A stretch of DNA of 63,305 nt from Candidatus Limnocylindria bacterium (GTDB taxonomy: Bacteria > Desulfobacterota > Binatia > DP-6): assembly GCA_035559675.1 (NCBI GenBank), contig DATMAZ010000092.1, forward strand, positions 1-63,305, written 5' to 3'. The position numbers were made by a program, and so were the translations under genes. Position 1 is the first letter of the stretch. Each line of letters opens with the position of its first letter. This document shows, piece by piece, positions 18,741 through 26,642 of this stretch. The notes below the pieces were generated by a model, which worked only from the letters and a program-made list of their open reading frames with translations, made no database searches and had not been told where the DNA came from.

Positions 18741-19100
18741 TTAGCCCCGTCGCTTCTCTGCCTCTTCCTGCTCGGCCTTGCAGGTGATGCAGAGCGTCGT
18801 CACCGGCCGCGCCTTTAGCCGCTCGACGGCGATCGGCCCCCCGCACTCTTCGCAGACGCCGTAGCTGCCGTCGTCGATGCGCCCGAGCGCCTCGTCGATC
18901 TTGGTGATGAGCTTGCGCTCGCGGTCGCGGATGCGCAGCGTGAGCGTGCGGGTGCCCTCGAGCGAGGCGCGGTCGGTCGGGTCGGAGATCTCGTCTCGAC
19001 TGTCCTCCATGCCGTCGACCGTGCGCGACGCCTCGACGATGAGGTCGCGCTTCCGCTCGTTGAGAAGGTCTCGGAACATGTTAAGATCGGCTCGGTTCAT
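18741..19100 (-). CDS. dksA: RNA polymerase-binding transcription factor DksA/TraR family
   Basis: Coiled coil with an acidic tip (DEISDPTDRAS) and a C4 zinc finger CEECGGPI...CITC. ATG at 19100. Confidence 0.85.
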   Translation of the reverse strand: MNRADLNMFRDLLNERKRDLIVEASRTVDGMEDSRDEISDPTDRASLEGTRTLTLRIRDRERKLITKIDEALGRIDDGSYGVCEECGGPIAVERLKARPVTTLCITCKAEQEEAEKRRG

Positions 19101-19163
19101 GGCTGGTTCTCGGCAATCGCTGGCGCATACCACCCATTAGAAAGTCGCGCAACGGAGGACGCC

Positions 19164-20369
19164 ATGCGGATTGCCTACCTCGACGCGTTCTCGGGCGTGG
19201 CCGGCGACATGACGGTGGGCGCGCTGCTCGACCTCGGCATGCCGATCGAGCTGGTCCGCGGGGCGATCGACGCCCTCGGGCTCCGTGGGGTCGAGCTCTC
19301 GGCCGAGCGTGTCGAGCGCGGCGGCATCGCCGCCACGAAGTTCCACGTGCGCGTGCATGGCGAGCATCCCGATCGGCCCGGCGCGCACGCGCACGGCGCG
19401 CACGGGCACCGGTCGTGGCGGGACATCCGCGCGCTGCTCGCCGCAAGCCGGCTCGATGCCCCGGTGCGCGAGCGTGCGCTCGCCGTCTTCGCGCGGCTCG
19501 CCGAGGCCGAGGGCGAGGCGCACGGCGTGCCGGCCGAGGACGTGACGTTCCACGAGGTCGGCGCGCTCGACGCCATCGTCGACGTGGTCGGCGCCGCCCT
19601 GGGCTTCACGCACCTCGGCGTGGATGCCGTCCACTGCTCGGCACTGCCGCTCGGGCGCGGGATGGTGCAGGCGGCGCACGGACCGCTGCCGGTGCCGGGC
19701 CCGGCGGTCGCGGCGCTGCTCCGCGGGCGTGCCGTGCGCCTCGACGACGGTGCGACCGAGCTGGTGACGCCCACCGGCGCCGCCATCGTGGCAGCGCTGG
19801 CCGCCGCCGAGCCCGTGCCCGAGCTGCGCGTCGAGCGGGTCGGCTACGGCGCGGGCGACCGTGTGCTGGCCGACCGTCCGAACCTGCTGCGCATCGTGCT
19901 CGGCGAGGCGACCGTCGCGGCCGGCAGCGACGACGTGGTGGTGCTCGAGGCGACCGTCGACGACACGCTCCCCGAGCTGTGGGAGCACGTGCTCGAGCGG
20001 CTGCTCGAGGCCGGCGCCAAGGACGCGTTGCTCGAGCCGGTGGTCATGAAGAAGAGCCGCCCCGGCGTCACGCTGCGTGTGATCGCCGCCGCCGCGGATC
20101 GCGACCGGCTGGCCGCGATCGTGTTCGCCGAAACCTCCACGATCGGGCTCCGCTGGGCGCCTTGGCGCCGCATGGTGCTCAGGCGCGAGACGCGCACGGT
20201 CGACACCGTATACGGGACGGTCACCGTGAAGGTCGCGATCGCGCCGGACGGCACGGCGAACCTCGCGCCCGAGTTCGAGGACTGCCGGCGGCTGGCACGC
20301 GCCCGCGGCGTGGCGGCGAAGCTCGTCTACCAGGCGGCGCTGGCCGCCGCGCACGCTCAGGGCAGATAG
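19164..20369 (+). CDS. larC: Nickel-pincer cofactor biosynthesis (nickel insertion) protein LarC (DUF111)
   Basis: MRIAYLDAFSGVAGDM, a His-rich stretch HGEHPDRPGAHAHGAHGHRSW, FHEVGALDAIVD, TPTGAAI, and a C-terminal ACT-like domain. Confidence 0.85.
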   Translation: MRIAYLDAFSGVAGDMTVGALLDLGMPIELVRGAIDALGLRGVELSAERVERGGIAATKFHVRVHGEHPDRPGAHAHGAHGHRSWRDIRALLAASRLDAPVRERALAVFARLAEAEGEAHGVPAEDVTFHEVGALDAIVDVVGAALGFTHLGVDAVHCSALPLGRGMVQAAHGPLPVPGPAVAALLRGRAVRLDDGATELVTPTGAAIVAALAAAEPVPELRVERVGYGAGDRVLADRPNLLRIVLGEATVAAGSDDVVVLEATVDDTLPELWEHVLERLLEAGAKDALLEPVVMKKSRPGVTLRVIAAAADRDRLAAIVFAETSTIGLRWAPWRRMVLRRETRTVDTVYGTVTVKVAIAPDGTANLAPEFEDCRRLARARGVAAKLVYQAALAAAHAQGR

Positions 20370-21835
20370 CCGATCGCGCGCAGCCGGCGGACCGTGTCCT
20401 CGTCCAGCTCGTCGGTGCGCGAGGCCTCGAGGGCCACGTCGCTCGGCCAGCGTCCCTCGGCCCACTCGCGGGCGAGCGCGGCGAGCGCGGCGGCGCGCTC
20501 GGGCTCCTCGGCGGCGCGGTCGACCTGCTCGCCGGGGTCGGCCTCGGTGTCGTAGAGCTCGACCGTATCGGTCTGTACGTTCCAGATCGCACGCCAGCGG
20601 CCGTCGGCCACCGCCACGTTGACGGCGCCGCGCTTGGCTTCGATCTCGGGCGCGTACTTGTGCCGGTTGATGCGGACGGAGGTCACCTGCGCGGTGCCGG
20701 GGAAGTCCTCGCCGCGGAGCAGCGGCGTGAGATCGCGGCCGGCGAGCCCGGTTGCCGGGATCCCGGCGTAGGCGAGCACCGTCGGCATCACGTCGAGCAG
20801 GCTCACCACGGCGTCGATGCGCCGGCCCACACCGAGGCCGCCCGGGTGACAGACGACCATCGGGATGCGGACCAGCTCGGCGTAGAGCGACTGGCCGTGC
20901 GACACGTCGCCGTGCTCGAAGAACTCCTCGCCGTGGTCGGAGATGAAGAGCACCAGCGTCGAGTCCCACGTGCCGTCGGCGCGCAGCCGGTCGGCCAGGC
21001 GTCCGAAGTTGTCGTCCGCCCACGCGACCTCGGCGTCGTAGAACATCGAGAGATCGGCGGCGCCCTTGGCCAGCTCGCGGCGGAGCCGCGCCTGCTGGGC
21101 GTCGTTCTTGGTCGCGCCCTTCGGCTGGTGGCGGCGGAAATCCCAGTTGGTGAGGTGATGGAGGATGCGCATCTGCCGATTGAGCTGCTTGCGTCGGCGC
21201 GCCGGGACGTCGGCGAGGCGGTCGCGAAAGTGCTGCGGGCTCCTATACGGCTTGTGCGGCTCGGCGGTGTGCACGTAGGCGAAGGCCGGCCGCTCCCGCG
21301 CCTCGCCCAGCCAGTTTGCCACCCATGCCGGGTCGATCGTCTGGTCCGACACGGCCTCGAAGCGGTCGTAGCCGCGGTCGAGACCGCTCGCCTTGCCGGC
21401 GAACGGATTGGTGATGAAGCCTGCCGTGCGCCAGCCGTGCGCGTGCAGCGCCTCGGCCAGCGAGCGCGTGCGCGCGTCGGCGCGCTGGCCGCGCGTGAAC
21501 ACGCCGTGGGCCAGGGGATCCGTGGAGGTGAGCAGCGAGACGACCGACGGCAGCGTCCACGGGGCCGGCGCGTATGCCCGATCGAAGATGGCGCACTCGC
21601 GGGCCAGCGCGTCGATGCGCGGCGACGTCGGGCGGTGGTAGCCATAGATGCCGAGGCGATCGCGGCGCAGCGTGTCCACCAGATAGACGAGCGCCCTCGG
21701 GGCCGTCGGCTTGGCGGCGCCGCCGCCCGCGCCCGGCCGCTGCAGCAGCGCCGCGGCGACGAGTCCGGTGACCACGAGCCCGATCGCGACCAGCAGTGGA
21801 GAGCGCGGCAGGCGCGCGCGCGTCGTCCGGTTCAC
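20357..21835 (-). CDS. Sulfatase-fold (alkaline phosphatase superfamily) enzyme with a Thr in the nucleophile position, membrane-anchored
   Basis: N-terminal TM. LVDTLRRDRLGIYGY metal motif. APWTLPSVVSLLTS aligns to the C/S-x-P-x-R block but has Thr for Cys/Ser and Val for Arg. ISDHGEEF. ELYDTEADPGE. Confidence 0.8.
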   Translation of the reverse strand: MNRTTRARLPRSPLLVAIGLVVTGLVAAALLQRPGAGGGAAKPTAPRALVYLVDTLRRDRLGIYGYHRPTSPRIDALARECAIFDRAYAPAPWTLPSVVSLLTSTDPLAHGVFTRGQRADARTRSLAEALHAHGWRTAGFITNPFAGKASGLDRGYDRFEAVSDQTIDPAWVANWLGEARERPAFAYVHTAEPHKPYRSPQHFRDRLADVPARRRKQLNRQMRILHHLTNWDFRRHQPKGATKNDAQQARLRRELAKGAADLSMFYDAEVAWADDNFGRLADRLRADGTWDSTLVLFISDHGEEFFEHGDVSHGQSLYAELVRIPMVVCHPGGLGVGRRIDAVVSLLDVMPTVLAYAGIPATGLAGRDLTPLLRGEDFPGTAQVTSVRINRHKYAPEIEAKRGAVNVAVADGRWRAIWNVQTDTVELYDTEADPGEQVDRAAEEPERAAALAALAREWAEGRWPSDVALEASRTDELDEDTVRRLRAIGYLP

Positions 21836-21931
21836 GCGTCCGTGACACTAGCGGAACGCGCAGAGCGCTCCAAGGCGCCCCTTCTGCGGCGAGCGATTCT
21901 GGCGTAGGATGGGCGCCGAAGGAGGGCAGCC

Positions 21932-22642
21932 ATGGATCTCTACGAAGCGAGGCCCCAGGTGCGCGCCGGCACGCCCGCCGCCGCCGAGCGCGTCACTGCG
22001 TTTCTGCGCGGCGTGTACGGCTGGATGGGCGCCGGGCTCGGCGTGACGGCCGTGGTGGCGGTGGGCGTCGCCGGCTCGCCTGCGATCGTGGGCGCGTTGG
22101 TACGGAGCCCGCTCGTGCTGCTCGCGCTGATCGGTGGCGAGTTGGCGCTGGTCTTCTACCTCTCGGCGCGCGTGGCGCGACTGGCACCCGCGACCGCGGC
22201 CGGGCTATTTCTCCTCTACTCGGCGCTAAACGGTGTCACGCTGTCGCTCGTGCTGCTTGCGTACACCGGCGAGTCGGTCGCCAACACCTTCGTGGTGTGC
22301 GCGGTGATGTTCGGCGCGCTCGCCGCCTACGGCTCGACCACCCGCCGCAGCCTGGCGGGGCTCGGGCAATTCGCCTTCATGGGACTGATCGGCCTCCTGG
22401 TCGCCATGGTGGTCGGCATCTTCTGGCACAACGACGCGCTGCAGTTCGTCATCGCCTGCGCCGGCGTCGTGGTGTTCACCTGCCTCACCGCCTGGGACGC
22501 CCAGCGGCTCAGGACAATGGCCCTTTCGCTGCCGGACGGTCAGGTGGGCGCGTACACGGTCGTCGGGGCGCTGTCCCTCTACCTGGATTTCGTGAACCTC
22601 TTCCTCTTCCTGCTGCGGTTCCTGGGCGGACGACGCGAGTAG
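21932..22642 (+). CDS. Bax inhibitor-1/YccA family membrane protein
   Basis: AFLRGVYGWM, 7 TM helices, C-terminal LYLDFVNLFLFLLRFLGGRR. Confidence 0.9.
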   Translation: MDLYEARPQVRAGTPAAAERVTAFLRGVYGWMGAGLGVTAVVAVGVAGSPAIVGALVRSPLVLLALIGGELALVFYLSARVARLAPATAAGLFLLYSALNGVTLSLVLLAYTGESVANTFVVCAVMFGALAAYGSTTRRSLAGLGQFAFMGLIGLLVAMVVGIFWHNDALQFVIACAGVVVFTCLTAWDAQRLRTMALSLPDGQVGAYTVVGALSLYLDFVNLFLFLLRFLGGRRE

Positions 22643-22688
22643 GTTCCGCCCGGACGCCCGCGGGCGCGCAGCGCGGCGATCAGCGCGC

Positions 22689-24044
22689 TCACGCGCCGGT
22701 CACCTCGGCGATGGCGTCGCGCACGACGTCGAGCAGCAGGTCGGTCTCGGCGAGCGAGATGGCGAGCGGCGGCATGAGCACGATCACGTTGCCGAGCGGA
22801 CGGAGGACCACCCCTCGCCGGCGCGCGGCCGCCACCACGCGCTGTCCTATGCGCGCGGCCGGCTCGTAGGGCGTGCGGCGGTGCCGGTCGGCGACCAGCT
22901 CGATGCCCACCATGGCACCCTGCTGGCGCACCTCGCCGACGTGCGGCAGCGGGGCCACGTCGCGTGCGAGCCGCTCGCGGAGCCGCGCGATCACGGGGCC
23001 CAGCCGCTCGAGCGTCCGCTCCTCGGCGAAGACCTGCAGGCTCGCCAGCGCCACCGCGCAGGCGAGCGCGTTGCCGGTGAACGTGTGCCCGTGGAAGAAG
23101 GCGCGGAACGTCTCGTAAGGGGCGAGGAACGCCGCGAACACCTCCTCGGTGGCGAGCGTGGCCGCGAGCGGCAGGTAGCCACCCGAGAGCCCCTTGGCGA
23201 TGCACATGAGGTCGGGCGTGACGCCGGCCTGCTCGCACGCGAACATCGTCCCCGTGCGCCCGAAGCCCGTGGCCACCTCGTCGGCGATGAACAGCATCCC
23301 GTGCTGGCGCGTGAGCGCGGCCAGTTGTGCCAGGTATTCGGGCGGGTGGATCCACATGCCGGCGGCGCCCTGGACGAGCGGCTCGACGATGAGGGCTGCG
23401 AGCGAGGGCGCGTGGGCGGCGAGCGTGGTCTCGGCCTCCGCGATGGCGGCGGCGAGCGCGTCGGCCGCGTCCATTCCGCGCTGCCAGCGAAAGACGTGGG
23501 GCGGGGTCAGCCGGACGGCAGGCACGGTGGCGGCGGCGACGAAGCGGTGGAAGGTCTCCGAGTAGCCGACGCCGACGGCGCCGAGCGTGTCGCCGTGATA
23601 GCCCTCCGCCAGCGAGGCGAAGCGCACCCGCTCGGTCGCGCCGCGGAGCTGCTGGTACTGCAGCGCGATGCGCAGCGCCGCCTCGACCGCCGTGGCGCCG
23701 GCGTCGGAGTAGAAGACGCGGGTGAGCCCCCCCGGGACGACCTGCACCAGCGCGTGGGCCAGCTCGATCGACGGCACGCTGCCGAGGCCGAGCAGCGTCG
23801 TGTGGGCCACGCGGTCGAGCTGCGCGCGCAGCGCCGCATCGAGCCGCGGATGGCGGTGGCCGTGCACGTTGCACCAGAGCGACGACACGCCGTCGAGGTA
23901 GCGGCGGCCGTCGGTGCCGATGAGCGTGCAGCCCTCGGCCGCCGCCACCACCAGCGGCTCCTCCTGCATCCAGTCCGCCATCTGAGTGAACGGATGCCAG
24001 AGGTGCTGTCGGTCCCAGGCGGCCAGCGTGGCGGCGTCGGTCAC
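22689..24044 (-). CDS. bioA: Adenosylmethionine-8-amino-7-oxononanoate aminotransferase
   Basis: HLWHPFTQM, YHGDTLGAV, FIADEVATGFGRTG, and the PLP-Lys block CIAKGLSGGYLP. GTG 24044 overlaps the bioF stop (GTGA). Confidence 0.95.
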   Translation of the reverse strand: MTDAATLAAWDRQHLWHPFTQMADWMQEEPLVVAAAEGCTLIGTDGRRYLDGVSSLWCNVHGHRHPRLDAALRAQLDRVAHTTLLGLGSVPSIELAHALVQVVPGGLTRVFYSDAGATAVEAALRIALQYQQLRGATERVRFASLAEGYHGDTLGAVGVGYSETFHRFVAAATVPAVRLTPPHVFRWQRGMDAADALAAAIAEAETTLAAHAPSLAALIVEPLVQGAAGMWIHPPEYLAQLAALTRQHGMLFIADEVATGFGRTGTMFACEQAGVTPDLMCIAKGLSGGYLPLAATLATEEVFAAFLAPYETFRAFFHGHTFTGNALACAVALASLQVFAEERTLERLGPVIARLRERLARDVAPLPHVGEVRQQGAMVGIELVADRHRRTPYEPAARIGQRVVAAARRRGVVLRPLGNVIVLMPPLAISLAETDLLLDVVRDAIAEVTGA

Positions 24045-25219
24045 CGGGACACTCCCGCGAGCCGGGCAGCGGCCGCGAACGCGGCGAGGGCGCGCTCGAT
24101 GTCGTCGTCGGTGTGCGTCGCCATGGGGGTGAGACGCAGCCGGGCGGTGCCCGGCGGCACGCTCGGCGGGCGAATCGGATGCGCCAGCACGCCGTGGTCG
24201 AGGAGCGCGTCGGCCATGCGCAGCGCCGCGTGGTTGTCGCCGATCAGCACCGGCACGATGTGCGTCTCGCCGCGGGCGTCGAGCCCGAGGTCGCGCAGCC
24301 CGCGGCGCAGCCGCTCGGCGAGCGCCAGCACCCGGCGGCGGCGCTCGGGCTCCCGCACCACGAGGTCGATCGCCGCGCCCGCGGCCGCCACGATCGGCGG
24401 TGGCAGCGCCGTCGTGAAGATGAAGCTGCGGGCGCGGTTCACGATGAGATCGATCAGCGCCCGCGAGCCCGCCACGTAGGCGCCGGCCGAGCCGAGCGCC
24501 TTGCCGAGCGTGCCCACGTGTACGTGGATCCGCTCGGTGAGGCCGCATTCCTCGGCGAGGCCGGCGCCCCGGGGCCCCAGCACGCCCGCCGCGTGGGCCT
24601 CGTCCACCATCAGCACGGCGCGGTGACGGGCGGCCAGGTCGGCGAGGGCGGCGAGCGGGGCGCGATCGCCGTCCATGGAGAACACCGAGTCCGTCACGAT
24701 GAGGCGCCGGCCGGCCGGCGGCGCGGCACGGAGCGCCGCCTCGAGCGCGCCGAGGTCGCGGTGCGGGTAGGCGTGCACGGCGGCGCGGCTCAGGCGGCAG
24801 CCGTCGATGATGCTCGCGTGATTGAGCGCATCGCTATAGATATGGTCGCCCGCGCGCACGAGCGCGCCGATCGCTCCGATGTTGGCTTGGTATCCGGATG
24901 GAAAGAGCAGGGCGGCCTCGGTGCCCTTCCAGGCGGCCAGCCGCCGCTCGACTTCGGCGTGGAGGTCGGTGTGACCGGTGATCAACCGCGAGGCGCCGGC
25001 TCCGCAGCCCCAGGCATCGAGCGCATCGCGCGCGGCGGCCCGCAGCTCGGGATGGGTGGCCAGGCCGAGGTAGTTGTTCGACGAGAGATGGAGCACGCGC
25101 CGGCCGCCCACCTCCACATCGGGACCGCACGCCGAGGCGAGCGCGCGCAGCGAGCGGCGAAGCCCGCCTGCCTCCAGAGCTCCGAGCTCCTCGCGGGCCT
25201 CGCGCTCGAGGTCGTACAC
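24041..25219 (-). CDS. bioF: 8-amino-7-oxononanoate synthase
   Basis: SSNNYLGL, SGYQANIG, SDALNHASIIDG, DEAHA, TLGKALG (PLP Lys). GTG 25219 gives the N-terminal length seen in homologues. ATG 25270 is an alternative, but it sits inside the operator palindrome. Confidence 0.9.
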   Translation of the reverse strand: MYDLEREAREELGALEAGGLRRSLRALASACGPDVEVGGRRVLHLSSNNYLGLATHPELRAAARDALDAWGCGAGASRLITGHTDLHAEVERRLAAWKGTEAALLFPSGYQANIGAIGALVRAGDHIYSDALNHASIIDGCRLSRAAVHAYPHRDLGALEAALRAAPPAGRRLIVTDSVFSMDGDRAPLAALADLAARHRAVLMVDEAHAAGVLGPRGAGLAEECGLTERIHVHVGTLGKALGSAGAYVAGSRALIDLIVNRARSFIFTTALPPPIVAAAGAAIDLVVREPERRRRVLALAERLRRGLRDLGLDARGETHIVPVLIGDNHAALRMADALLDHGVLAHPIRPPSVPPGTARLRLTPMATHTDDDIERALAAFAAAARLAGVSR

Positions 25220-25247
25220 GGCGCGGACATGCCGCCCGCGTCCGGGT

Positions 25248-25279
25248 TTGTCAACCCAATGAGTCGTCATGGTTGACAA
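25248..25279. promoter_or_regulatory. Candidate BirA operator (bioO): TTGTCAAC-N16-GTTGACAA
   Basis: Perfect 8-bp inverted repeat with a 16-nt spacer directly upstream of bioF-bioA. It matches the TGTnAAC-N14-16-GTTnACA architecture of BirA sites. Each arm also contains TTGACA. The radA ATG (25269) lies in the spacer. Confidence 0.5.
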
Positions 25280-26642
25280 GCGCGCCAAGACGCTCTTCGT
25301 CTGCCAGCAGTGCGGGCACGCCTCGCCCCGCTGGCTGGGCCAATGTCCGAGCTGCTCGAGCTGGGGCTCGGTGGTCGAGGAGACCGTGCGCGAGACGCTC
25401 GCCGGCAAGCGGAGCGCGCCCGCCGCTGCCCCCCAGGCGCTCGCCGCCGTCACAGCAGGTGAAGCGATCCGCCGCACGACCGGGCTCGCCGAGCTCGACC
25501 GGGTGCTCGGCGGTGGGCTCGTGGCCGGGTCGATCGTGCTGCTGGGCGGCGACCCGGGAATCGGCAAGTCCACGCTCGCGCTGCAGGCCTGCGGTGCGCT
25601 CGCGGGACGGGGCCTGCCCGTGCTGTACGTCGCCGGCGAGGAATCGCCCGAGCAGGTGCGGCTGCGTGCCGACCGCCTGGGCCTCGGCAACACCGACATC
25701 CTGGTGCTCGCCGAGACGACCACCGAGATCGCGGTCGACGAGATCGCCCGCCGCAAGCCCGTGGCGGCGGTGGTGGACTCCATCCAGACCCTGCACACGG
25801 ACGCGCTCGCGTCGGCGCCGGGAAGCGTGGGCCAGGTGCGCGAGTCGGCCGCCATGCTGGTCGCCGCCTGCAAGGCCGCCGGCACGGCGTGCTTCGTCAT
25901 CGGGCACGTCACCAAGGAAGGCGCGCTCGCCGGCCCGCGCGTGCTCGAGCACCTGGTCGACACGGTCCTCTACTTCGAAGGCGACGACGCACACGCGCTG
26001 CGCGTGCTGCGCGCCGTGAAGAACCGCTTCGGATCCACCAACGAGGTGGGCGTCTTCGAGATGCGCGAGCACGGGCTCGTCGAGGTGGCCAACCCGTCGG
26101 CGGCGTTTCTCGCCGAGCGCCCGACGGGCGCACCCGGCTCCGCCGTGCTCGCCACGGTGGAGGGCAGCCGGCCGGTGCTGGTGGAGATCCAGGCGCTGGT
26201 GTCGCGCTCGGCGCTCGCCATGCCGCGCCGCACGGCGCTCGGCTGCGACGCCGGACGGGTGGCACTGCTGCTCGCCGTCCTGGAGAAGCGCCTCGGGCTT
26301 CGGCTCTACGATCAGGACGTGTTCCTCAACGTGGCGGGCGGGCTGCGCGTCGAGGAGCCGGCGGCCGACCTGGCGGTCGTGGCGGCGGTCGCGTCGAGCG
26401 CGATGTCGCGCCCGCTGCCGGACGACGTCGTCGTCTGGGGCGAGGTGGGCCTCACCGGCGAGGTTCGCTCGGTGGCACGCGGCGAGGCGCGGCTGCGGGA
26501 AGCGGCGCGCGAGCGCTTCACCCGCTGCATCGTGCCGGCCAGCAACGCCGGCGGGCTTTCGACGATCGCCGGGATCACGGTTCACGGCGTGCGCTCCATC
26601 GGCGAGCTGCTCGATGTCCTCGGACTCCGCGACGCCGACTAA
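25269..26642 (+). CDS. radA: DNA repair protein RadA/Sms
   Basis: Zn ribbon FVCQQCGHASPRWLGQCPSCSSW, Walker A GGDPGIGKST, KNRFG, and a Lon-like C-terminal domain. Confidence 0.95.
   Translation: MVDKRAKTLFVCQQCGHASPRWLGQCPSCSSWGSVVEETVRETLAGKRSAPAAAPQALAAVTAGEAIRRTTGLAELDRVLGGGLVAGSIVLLGGDPGIGKSTLALQACGALAGRGLPVLYVAGEESPEQVRLRADRLGLGNTDILVLAETTTEIAVDEIARRKPVAAVVDSIQTLHTDALASAPGSVGQVRESAAMLVAACKAAGTACFVIGHVTKEGALAGPRVLEHLVDTVLYFEGDDAHALRVLRAVKNRFGSTNEVGVFEMREHGLVEVANPSAAFLAERPTGAPGSAVLATVEGSRPVLVEIQALVSRSALAMPRRTALGCDAGRVALLLAVLEKRLGLRLYDQDVFLNVAGGLRVEEPAADLAVVAAVASSAMSRPLPDDVVVWGEVGLTGEVRSVARGEARLREAARERFTRCIVPASNAGGLSTIAGITVHGVRSIGELLDVLGLRDAD

Noticed and set aside
25268-25271. bioF and radA appear to share overlapping divergent start codons (CATG).
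   Set aside because: The bioF ATG lies inside the spacer of the BirA-type palindrome. It would add ~17 residues not seen in homologues. GTG 25219 gives the expected N-terminal length, so this is probably an ORF-extension artefact.
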